DNA of 64,000 nt, taken from assembly GCA_041661005.1 (NCBI GenBank), contig JBAZVG010000001.1, positions 295,544 through 359,543 of the forward strand, read 5' to 3'. The notes beneath the pieces were generated by a model, which saw nothing but the letters and a program-made list of their open reading frames with translations, was not told the origin of the DNA and did no database searches. The position numbers and the translations under genes are program-made. Below, piece by piece: positions 48,271-56,251 of the stretch. Each line of letters begins with the position of its first letter. The stretch's first letter is position 1. The stretch comes from Minisyncoccota bacterium (lineage in GTDB: Bacteria; Patescibacteriota; Minisyncoccia; Phycocordibacterales; UBA9973).

Positions 48271-48324
48271 TTGACCCTAATTATACGAAATTGGAACCTT
48301 GTATTCAATCAGACAAAAATTTTC
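48271..48324 (-). repeat. Cassette-boundary repeat R6
   Basis: Minus strand GAAAATTTTTGTCTGATTGAATACAAGGTTCCAATTTCGTATAATTAGGGTCAA. Confidence 0.8.
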
Positions 48325-48332
48325 AAATTGTT

Positions 48333-48584
48333 TTAACGATGAGGACAGCCAGCCCAACAACAAGGCCGTCTCATTCCACCCCTAAGTTTTGATAATCCCA
48401 CATTAATTCGGCGACTTCGTGTTTCCAACTGCTTCGCAGAGGTAACCCAGCAGATCCACTCATTACGCGCGAGTGGTGTAATGTCCTTCCATGTTGCACG
48501 CGCCTTAGGATTAGCAACAAGGGCTTTCTGCAAATCTACAGGCATTTTGTGCACCACACCAGTTGTAATTTTTTTGTTGGTCAT
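48333..48584 (-). CDS. YdeI/OmpD-associated family protein
   Basis: MPVDLQKAL..W..ITPLARNEWICWVTSAKQLETRSRR, RRPCCWAGC. Confidence 0.85.
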   Translation of the reverse strand: MTNKKITTGVVHKMPVDLQKALVANPKARATWKDITPLARNEWICWVTSAKQLETRSRRINVGLSKLRGGMRRPCCWAGCPHR

Positions 48585-48610
48585 GAATTTATTATATACC
48601 AATACTTGTG

Positions 48611-48830
48611 TGAGTAAGGACTACCCTTGCTTAAGGTACACTTCGCGTGCAACATATGACGTGAGCCACAATAAAATTCTACAGGGACCGTGAGTACACT
48701 TATCGATCCTTACAGGATCAGTACACCTTTTCGAATAGTTCAAAATAAATTTTTCACTATTAACGAAAAGCTTTTCGCTTCCCTGACGCGAGTAAATCAA
48801 TTTACTCGCTTAGGGTCATCGCACAAAAAA
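48611..48830 (-). mobile_element. Structured non-coding element containing a copy of the leader tail
   Basis: 48611-48674 nearly identical to 52007-52070; 48700-48830 has hairpins GCGAGTAAA/TTTACTCGC and CTTTTCG/CGAAAAG. Confidence 0.55.
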
Positions 48831-48908
48831 GGCAGAAGCTGATGCTGCTATAAAAGAGTATATGGAATCGTGTAGAAAATGTGAAGATTGTGGCAAAATA
48901 AAAAGTAA

Positions 48909-49907
48909 TTAATTTGTACTATTTGCCTTTGGATTTAACTTATCATAAGTATAAAGAAACTCTGTAGTTTTTTTAAGTTCAATAAGTAAATCTCTATTCT
49001 TATGAAAACCAAAGTTGAGAGACCTCATTAAGTTATATGTATTTATGGTGTGAATTGCTCCTTTATTATTAGTTATATCTTTTCTATTTACTTTCTTGCC
49101 TGATTCTTTGTGTGGATATCGTGCAACGATTACAACTCTTGGACTAAGAATAAAGGTTTGTTCTCTAGATAAAAAATCGTTGCCATAAAACTTTTTACTT
49201 AAAGCAATATCTTGATAGGGCGTGTCTGTGGTAATAAAATCTCCTTTTCTTGAAATATATATTTTCCAATATTTTGCTGTTAATAAATTAGAGAAGCCTT
49301 GTATTTCTTTCATAATTTCCATGTGGTGAGTGTTCCCCATATCAACTGTGTATTCTTCTTTATCGGCATATTCTATCATTTGTTCTTTTGTGATTCCAAG
49401 TTCTTCCATCTCCTTTTTTGACTTATCACTCCTTCCCATATTTCTAGCAATATGTTTATTAATTTGTTTTATTAAGTGATCTGTCATTTTCTTAGACTCT
49501 TCTCTGTATTTTTTACCCTTGAAATGCAAAAACAACATACATGAAGATAAGTTGAATTTATCGCCTTCTGTTATTTGTTCATTGTCTAAAATTTTCTTTT
49601 CTATTTTAGGAAGTTCAGTAGAAAAAACACCTTCAATTTCTGCAAATTTTTCTTCTACTTTCTGGCTGATCTCATCTTCTTTTCCTGTGTGTTGGGCATA
49701 AAAGAAGTTCTCATAGCAAAACCTGCTTGGATTTGACTTTGCCTCAAATATTTTAAGTATTGGAGGTTCTTTCCCTTCTATTTTAATAGGGTAAAAACCA
49801 TTATCTTCATCACACCATTGGCGGAGGTAAAATTGGGGAACATAGTGTTGTTTTCTAGTCCTTCTTTTTATTTGATTTGGTAATAGTTGATTTTGTTCCA
49901 TCTTCAA
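48909..49907 (-). CDS. DUF4238 domain protein
   Basis: KQHYVPQFYLRQW N-terminal motif and FITTDTP motif. Confidence 0.8.
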   Translation of the reverse strand: MKMEQNQLLPNQIKRRTRKQHYVPQFYLRQWCDEDNGFYPIKIEGKEPPILKIFEAKSNPSRFCYENFFYAQHTGKEDEISQKVEEKFAEIEGVFSTELPKIEKKILDNEQITEGDKFNLSSCMLFLHFKGKKYREESKKMTDHLIKQINKHIARNMGRSDKSKKEMEELGITKEQMIEYADKEEYTVDMGNTHHMEIMKEIQGFSNLLTAKYWKIYISRKGDFITTDTPYQDIALSKKFYGNDFLSREQTFILSPRVVIVARYPHKESGKKVNRKDITNNKGAIHTINTYNLMRSLNFGFHKNRDLLIELKKTTEFLYTYDKLNPKANSTN

Positions 49908-50394
49908 AAGTTCCTTCTAGACTTAGAAAAACATCGGAGGGGTGTAAATCTTTCTGGTCAAAAGCAAGTCTTCTTATTTCTGGTTCAACAAATATCTGAG
50001 TTTTGTCTTTTTTGCCTTTTTCTCCAGCGTAAACAACCAATCTTTGTCCCACCTTGGATTCAGTAAGTATTGCTCTAACAAAATACTTATCATCTTTTGA
50101 ATCAGCCCTATCTTCTGCAATAGGGATAGCTTCATCATCAAGATTAAGAAATTTCATTTTCTTGAATTCCTTGGAATTCAATTTATCAATAATGTAGCTT
50201 TTTTGAATATTGTATTCTCTGGGGAGAGTATAATTTTCATTACACTCTTGGCATTTTAACCAGCAAGCGTGTGGATTGTTTAATACCAAAGAAAGCGTCA
50301 GGTGATGCTTAGGGCAAAGAGGTTTTGTATATTCAGCAGACAAGTATTGAACATGCCATTTGATACCGTCAAGAGTTATATATTGTTCATCCAT
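49855..50394 (-). CDS. Hypothetical protein with Zn-ribbon-like motifs
   Basis: PLCPKH...CQEC. Confidence 0.7.
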   Translation of the reverse strand: MDEQYITLDGIKWHVQYLSAEYTKPLCPKHHLTLSLVLNNPHACWLKCQECNENYTLPREYNIQKSYIIDKLNSKEFKKMKFLNLDDEAIPIAEDRADSKDDKYFVRAILTESKVGQRLVVYAGEKGKKDKTQIFVEPEIRRLAFDQKDLHPSDVFLSLEGTFEDGTKSTITKSNKKKD

Positions 50395-50399
50395 AGTTT

Positions 50400-50600
50400 T
50401 TAGTAATCCCAACCATTATTGCCAAAGTTATAATAACTGCTTACCTGTATACTCTTAACCAGAGTTCCTTTATTTCTACAATCGGGGCATTCCTGTTCTT
50501 CAAGTTTAGCTCCCTTTGGAACATCAAAGCCTTTTTTTGAGAAATTGCAGTTAGTGCATTCAACATTTAGTTTATAGAATTCTGGGATTTTATCATTCAT
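50400..50600 (-). CDS. Small Zn-ribbon protein
   Basis: CTNC...CPDC. Confidence 0.65.
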   Translation of the reverse strand: MNDKIPEFYKLNVECTNCNFSKKGFDVPKGAKLEEQECPDCRNKGTLVKSIQVSSYYNFGNNGWDY

Positions 50601-50768
50601 GAGCGGATTATAGCAAATTCTTAATAAAATACAAAAAATATCTTGATAAACTTGGTATATTTATCACTTTGGAGACCAAAAATCATTTTGATAAATTTGA
50701 TATAATTACCAGTTTTAGAGCCTAAAAAAGATTTTGTCTAATTTGCATAACTAGAATGGAACACCCTT

Positions 50769-51116
50769 TTATGTTATATGATTATCTTTGGCTTGTTGTT
50801 TTGCTAAGACTGACACTTGCTCTCTATCTACCCCAATACCAGTATTATAATATTTACTCCTAGAATTTCTTTTGAATATCAGCTCATCATTAGTGTGCAC
50901 TATTCCAGTTGCACTTTTTTCAGAAGAATTATCATATTTAATAATTAACTCCCAACCTTTTGCACCAAGTTCTGTTAGCATCAGTTCAAAGTAGTATTTC
51001 CACCACTTCATAGTTTTATACTCTTCATCGTCATAGTCGTATTTTTCCATGTCTTTAATACTAGGATGCCTTATATCCTGTACTAAGTATTCAAACTCTT
51101 CACTAAAGAATTTCAT
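50769..51116 (-). CDS. Hypothetical protein (DUF4177-like)
   Basis: FEYLV...LTELGAKGWELI...LIFKR. Confidence 0.6.
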   Translation of the reverse strand: MKFFSEEFEYLVQDIRHPSIKDMEKYDYDDEEYKTMKWWKYYFELMLTELGAKGWELIIKYDNSSEKSATGIVHTNDELIFKRNSRSKYYNTGIGVDREQVSVLAKQQAKDNHIT

Positions 51117-51127
51117 ATTATTTTTTA

Positions 51128-51310
51128 TTAATTCTTAATTTTCTCTGGTAAATAGTAAATTATAACTGCACCTATAATAAGAATTACTCCTATTATTTTC
51201 CCTGCATCGGAATCTTGTGATGCTTCAAAGAGAATACCATTCCATGTTGGGAATAAATAACTAAAAGCACCTGCTAAACCAAGAACATAAGCCCATGTTT
51301 TTTTATTCAT
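51128..51310 (-). CDS. Small 2-TM protein
   Basis: 60 aa, two hydrophobic segments, abuts the upstream stop. Confidence 0.6.
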   Translation of the reverse strand: MNKKTWAYVLGLAGAFSYLFPTWNGILFEASQDSDAGKIIGVILIIGAVIIYYLPEKIKN

Positions 51311-51664
51311 TTACTTTTTATGATTACCTTTTAAATACCCAATAATTATTGCGATTTTCATAATTGCTTTAGGAGAAAAAAGTGGAAGAACTAGTAAAAT
51401 AAGTAACCAACCTGAGTTTCCTGCCATTGCTCCAGATATTCCAATAATCAGTATCACCAGCATTATTAACCTTCTTCCCATATCTCTAGGTAGCCAATGG
51501 TTCATCATTGAAACAGCTAATATTGTTTTGCGTTCCTCAAGAACAGATTTAAATTCAGGGTGTTTTTGCAGAGTATCTTCATGTTCTTTTAAAACATCAT
51601 CAACTTTATTAAATTGTTCTTGTAGCTCCTCGTGATTTAATTCTTTTTCCATATATTTATTCAA
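51311..51664 (-). CDS. Hypothetical membrane protein
   Basis: Helical N-terminus followed by hydrophobic segments. Confidence 0.65.
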   Translation of the reverse strand: MNKYMEKELNHEELQEQFNKVDDVLKEHEDTLQKHPEFKSVLEERKTILAVSMMNHWLPRDMGRRLIMLVILIIGISGAMAGNSGWLLILLVLPLFSPKAIMKIAIIIGYLKGNHKK

Positions 51665-51950
51665 TTGAAGGTCTATTGTCTTTTACAAACTCCTGATCTT
51701 CTTCCTCATTAAAATAATAATCAAGCAAAATATTTATTTTCTTTTTTTGGTCTGCAATTGCTTTATGTGTGCTGTCATTAACAAGATAATCACGTACACT
51801 ATCATCACCAGAATCTATTATAAATTGGTTTAATTTATGGATTTGCTTCCACAATCTTTTTACTTGAGCTTTAGGAGAATACACAAAGTAGAAGGCTAAT
51901 TCTCCGCCAACATAAGCTCCAACCAAAAATATAATTATTGATTTTATCAT
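51657..51950 (-). CDS. Hypothetical protein with N-terminal TM
   Basis: ATG at 51950. Confidence 0.65.
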   Translation of the reverse strand: MIKSIIIFLVGAYVGGELAFYFVYSPKAQVKRLWKQIHKLNQFIIDSGDDSVRDYLVNDSTHKAIADQKKKINILLDYYFNEEEDQEFVKDNRPSIE

Positions 51951-52005
51951 AATTAAGTCGTGTTTCCATTTTACCCTTTTTTTAATACTATTGAAAGACA
52001 ACTGG

Positions 52006-52206
52006 TTGAGCAAGGACTACCCTTGCTCAAGGTACACTTCGCGTGCAACATATGATGTGAGCCACAATAATTTGCTCGTCGTCACTCGCAAATTTTCCAG
52101 CCCCGGACTCAGTTGTTTTTCCTACTGGAAAAACATACTTCCGTCTTCACAAAGCACTAGAAAAAGAGCACAGCAGTGTGCTCTTTTTCTAGTGAGTGCT
52201 TTGTGA
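52006..52206 (-). mobile_element. tRNA-Glu-associated structured leader element (copy 2)
   Basis: Long hairpin 52147-52206 and core matching 20514-20669, extended by a tail shared with 48611-48674. Confidence 0.75.
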
Positions 52207-52275
52207 CCCCACAGAGAATCGAACTCTGATTACCGGATTGAAAACCCGATGTCCTAACCGTTAGACGATGGGGCC
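52204..52275 (-). tRNA. tRNA-Glu (anticodon TTC)
   Basis: GGCCCCA acceptor, TCGGG-TTTTCAA-TCCGG anticodon arm, GTTCGATTC, TGGGGTC-A. Confidence 0.95.
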
Positions 52276-52395
52276 AAAATATTTAATCAGCCAAAATATA
52301 ATAACATTTTTATATCTAATTGCAAAAACAAAAGTACGGCCCGCCAGGAAAACCCAGCGAGCCGCACGCGACCAAAATCACAACACGAGGGAAAA

Positions 52396-52644
52396 CTATG
52401 CCCTTCTTTGGATCAAACCAGGAGAACTGGCGCTCCTGATAGCGTCCAAGTGACCATTCCAGGCCGACAGACTCCCGAAATACAAAAATTCCCCTGGGCG
52501 AACGTCAACCTTACGGAAGACTGGCCCTGGATGGGTCCTCTTCCCGGTGATCCGCATGAGATCTTCCGTGGTCGTAATGTCGGGAATGATGGTTGGGGTT
52601 TCTGCGATTGTCGGTATTCCCGACGATGCTGATCTTGCACTCAT
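52396..52644 (-). CDS. Orphan GC-rich hypothetical protein (reading frame uncertain)
   Basis: 82-aa ORF downstream of TGGACA-17-TATTAT at 52766-52794; several overlapping frames are open. Confidence 0.45.
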   Translation of the reverse strand: MSARSASSGIPTIAETPTIIPDITTTEDLMRITGKRTHPGPVFRKVDVRPGEFLYFGSLSAWNGHLDAIRSASSPGLIQRRA

Positions 52645-52859
52645 TTTACTTATTGTTTGTGGAACATTCTTACCAGCTACTACTTTTTTTCATCTTCCAG
52701 AGACTCGTTTGCTCTCAGAAAGACTGTCTCAACGCTGGATTGAGACAAAAATCTAATTTCACTAAAATAATACCTCGCATTTCATACTTTGTCCAGACTG
52801 CATGTGCATAACCTCCCTGTCATTGATAACACGCCTCCAATTACATATAATCTTTGAAT

Positions 52860-53468
52860 ATGGACGAGAAACTAGACATGGCGCAAGAACTGAAAAATAT
52901 CCATGAGAAATGGAAAAAAGAATGTCAATGCGAGCTCAAAAAGACTGCCACGCAAGCAGTGCCTGGAGATGGCAGTCCCGATGCAAATATTGTCTTTATC
53001 GGTGAAGCGCCGGGACGTTCGGAAGACAAACTCGGTCGTCCATTTGTCGGATCCGCGGGGAAATTTTTAGATGAGATGTTGGGGGTCATAGATTTAAAAA
53101 GAGAAGAAATATACATCACCAACATAGTGAAATATCGCCCGCCAAACAATCGCGATCCCCTGCCAGAAGAAAAGTCCGCCTGTCGAGAGTGGCTACTCGA
53201 AGAACTGAAAATAATTAAACCCAAACTTGTAATATTCTTGGGTCGACATGCGATGAATAATTTTTTTCCTGATTTACAGATATCCAAAGCTCATGGAAAA
53301 ATGCTAGTGAAACCTTTCAAGGGCATATCCACAAAATATTTCTTCCCCCTTTATCATCCGGCGGCGGCTCTCTACGACGGTTCGATGCGTGAAATTTTAA
53401 TAGAAGATTTCAAAAAAATTCCAAAGGTTTTAAAAGAAATTGAAAAACGTGAAAAAAATAACTCTTAG
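52860..53468 (+). CDS. udg: Uracil-DNA glycosylase, family 4
   Basis: FIGEAPG, GRPFVG, NIVKYRPPNNRDP, YHPAA. Confidence 0.92.
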   Translation: MDEKLDMAQELKNIHEKWKKECQCELKKTATQAVPGDGSPDANIVFIGEAPGRSEDKLGRPFVGSAGKFLDEMLGVIDLKREEIYITNIVKYRPPNNRDPLPEEKSACREWLLEELKIIKPKLVIFLGRHAMNNFFPDLQISKAHGKMLVKPFKGISTKYFFPLYHPAAALYDGSMREILIEDFKKIPKVLKEIEKREKNNS

Positions 53469-53485
53469 TGTATACTAGAAAATAT

Positions 53486-54235
53486 ATGGATAAAGATGAG
53501 GAAATTAGAATAGTAATCCTGGCTGCGGGCAAGGGCACTAGAATGAAAAGCGAACTACCAAAAGCGCTGGTAAAACTACGAGGAAAGCACATGATAAGAC
53601 ATTTGCTTGAATCGATTGATAAGATATCTCTAAATTCAAAACCTATTGTGGTAGTCGGACACGAGAAAGAGCTGGTAATGAAAGAGCTGGGTAATAAATA
53701 TGAATACGTAATACAAGAAGAACAGCTGGGCACCGGACATGCTGTTATGGTAACAGAAAATGCCTGCAAAAATGCAAAAAATATAATTGTAATATCTGGA
53801 GATCAACCATTTTTGAAAAGTGAGACCATAAAAAAATTATTTGAAAAACATAAAAATTCCAACGCTACTATTACCATAACCACGACAATACTTCCAGATT
53901 ATGAAGATTGGAGAAAAGCATTTTTAACTTATGGCAGAATAATAAGAACAAATGGAAAAATAATAGATAAAGAAATAAAGGATTGCACGGAAGAAGAATT
54001 AAAAATTAAGGAAGTTAATGTTTCCTGTTATGCATTTAAAACAGACTGGCTTTGGGATAAACTAAAAAAATTAGATAGAAATTCAAACTCACAAAGAGAA
54101 TATCAGTTAACAGATTTATGGCAGATAGCCGGAAATGAAGGAGAAAAAATTGAAAGTATACAAGTAGACGCCAAAGAAACACTTGGAGTAAATTCTAAGG
54201 AAGAACTGGAAACACTGGAGAAATTAATAGCATAG
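53486..54235 (+). CDS. GlmU-like nucleotidyltransferase (uridyltransferase domain only)
   Basis: LAAGKGTRMKSELPK, QEEQLGTGHAV, GDQP, EYQLTD, GVNS; no left-handed beta-helix domain. Confidence 0.85.
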   Translation: MDKDEEIRIVILAAGKGTRMKSELPKALVKLRGKHMIRHLLESIDKISLNSKPIVVVGHEKELVMKELGNKYEYVIQEEQLGTGHAVMVTENACKNAKNIIVISGDQPFLKSETIKKLFEKHKNSNATITITTTILPDYEDWRKAFLTYGRIIRTNGKIIDKEIKDCTEEELKIKEVNVSCYAFKTDWLWDKLKKLDRNSNSQREYQLTDLWQIAGNEGEKIESIQVDAKETLGVNSKEELETLEKLIA

Positions 54236-54325
54236 CTTTATCTAAGCACTTCTTGGAATCAAAGATGAAAATGTAAATTTGGCAAATATCTTGCTTATTC
54301 GTACCATTGATATTATAATAGAGGA

Positions 54326-55018
54326 ATGATATCAAAGTGGTTCGAATTAAAATCAAAAGCTATGTATTTAAGAAAACAAGGAAAATCAATCCGAGATATT
54401 GAAACATCTTTGGGTATTCCCCGTTCCACCCTTAGCGGATGGTTCAAAAATGTAAAACTAACTACTTCACAATACAGATCACTGAAAAATAAAAACAGAA
54501 AAGCTTTAATAGAAGCAAGAAAAAAAGCTATCGTTTGGCATAACCAACAAAAAACAAAAAGATTAGAATTAGCAGAAAAAGAAGCTGGAAAAACTTTATC
54601 GAAAATAAAGACTAATCAAGAAATTATCGAATTGGGACTTGCTCTTTTATATCTCGGTGAGGGATCTAAGAAATCCACGACAACTGGTATGGGAAATTCC
54701 GATCCATTAATACTAAAATTCTTCTTGAAAGTAATGACAGACATTTACAAAATAGATATAGAAAAAATTAGATTTGATATACATATTCGTGCTGATCAAA
54801 ATCCAGAACTAATAAAAAATTACTGGTCTAGGGGATTAAATGCTCCTTTAATTAGATTTAAAACTGTATCTATAGATAAAAGAACCATTGGAAAACCTAC
54901 TTACCCAGACTATAAAGGAGTATGCGTAATTGTTTGTGGCAACATTGCTGTGCAAAGAAAATTAGTATATATTGGTAGAAAGTTTTGCGAAAAAGTATTG
55001 GAAAATCTGGGCGGTTAG
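54326..55018 (+). CDS. HTH plus LAGLIDADG-like protein overlapping the tRNA-Val 5' end
   Basis: N-terminal LRKQGKSIRDI..LGIPRSTLSGW; LYLGEGSK and NSDP motifs. Confidence 0.75.
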   Translation: MISKWFELKSKAMYLRKQGKSIRDIETSLGIPRSTLSGWFKNVKLTTSQYRSLKNKNRKALIEARKKAIVWHNQQKTKRLELAEKEAGKTLSKIKTNQEIIELGLALLYLGEGSKKSTTTGMGNSDPLILKFFLKVMTDIYKIDIEKIRFDIHIRADQNPELIKNYWSRGLNAPLIRFKTVSIDKRTIGKPTYPDYKGVCVIVCGNIAVQRKLVYIGRKFCEKVLENLGG

Positions 55019-55082
55019 CTCATTTGGCTAGAGCGTGTCGTTGACGTCGACAAGGTAACAAGTTCGAGTCTTGTACCGCCCA
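55009..55082 (+). tRNA. tRNA-Val (anticodon GAC)
   Basis: GGGCGGT acceptor, TGTCG-TTGACGT-CGACA anticodon arm, GTTCGAGTC, ACCGCCC-A. Confidence 0.95.
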
Positions 55083-55118
55083 CCTTAAGCAAAATTATTC
55101 CTGACCACAATATAATTT

Positions 55119-56213
55119 ATGAAAATACTTTCGATCGAAACATCCTGCGACGATACATGCATAAGCATATTTGAAGTAAAGAGAGGAGTGAAAAATGCTA
55201 CCTTCAAAGTTTTAGCAAACAATTCAAATTCGCAAATACAAATTCATATCCCCTATGGCGGTGTTTATCCGGTGCTTGCCAAAAGAGAGCACGCAAAAAA
55301 TCTGCCCATTATATTAGAAGCCAGCCTAAAACAAGCAAAGTTGAATAAAGAAAAAAAGCCAGTCGATGCTATAGCCGTCACTTATGGTCCGGGCCTCGAG
55401 ATGTGCCTTTGGGAAGGAATCATTTTTGCGAAAAATCTGGCAGAAAAATGGAATGTGCCTTTAATACCGACAAACCATATGGAAGGACATGTGCTTTCGG
55501 TTTTTGGGAAAAATAAAGGAAAATTCTCAATTCCCCAAGTCAAAACTCCGATACTTTCCCTGCTGGTTTCCGGTGGACACACTCAACTAGTGCTTTGTAA
55601 AAAACCAGCCTCGACTAGGCCAAATCTAGACGGGTGGATGCAATATGAAATAATCGGCGAAACTTTGGATGATGCCGTCGGTGAAGCCTTTGATAAAGTG
55701 GCGAGAATGCTGGACCTGCCTTACCCCGGCGGACCACAGATTTCCAAACTAGCAGAAGGACTCAGAACAAAAAAACATATTTCAAAAATAAAATTTCCCA
55801 GACCGATGTTCCATAGTAAAAATCTAGATTTCTCATTCTCAGGTTTGAAGACTTCAGTATTATATTTTATTCAAAAAAATAAATCTTTTAAAAAAGCAGA
55901 AGTAGCACTTGAATTTGAAAACGCCGTAGTGGAAACTTTGATTCATAAAACAAAAAAAGCGATAGAAAAATATAAAATCAAAACAATTATAGTCGCCGGA
56001 GGAGTGGCTTGCAATAAACATTTACAAAGAGAAATGAAAAAATTGTCCAGTGGACAATCAAAACAAAAAATAAAATTTCTCTTTCCTAAAGAAGGTCTCG
56101 CAGGAGACAATTCCATAATGATCGGCATTGCCGGATATTTGAACTACATAAAAAACAAAAAGAAGGTCCCCAAACCAAACAGCATCAAAGCAATCGGCAA
56201 TTTAAGACTCTAA
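55119..56213 (+). CDS. tsaD: tRNA N6-adenosine threonylcarbamoyltransferase TsaD
   Basis: IETSCDDT, HMEGH, LLVSGGHT, DDAVGEAFDK, FSFSGLKT, DNSIMI. Confidence 0.97.
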   Translation: MKILSIETSCDDTCISIFEVKRGVKNATFKVLANNSNSQIQIHIPYGGVYPVLAKREHAKNLPIILEASLKQAKLNKEKKPVDAIAVTYGPGLEMCLWEGIIFAKNLAEKWNVPLIPTNHMEGHVLSVFGKNKGKFSIPQVKTPILSLLVSGGHTQLVLCKKPASTRPNLDGWMQYEIIGETLDDAVGEAFDKVARMLDLPYPGGPQISKLAEGLRTKKHISKIKFPRPMFHSKNLDFSFSGLKTSVLYFIQKNKSFKKAEVALEFENAVVETLIHKTKKAIEKYKIKTIIVAGGVACNKHLQREMKKLSSGQSKQKIKFLFPKEGLAGDNSIMIGIAGYLNYIKNKKKVPKPNSIKAIGNLRL

Positions 56214-56251
56214 CCTCGCCAAAAGACGGACAGGTGTGATATTATTTGAAT

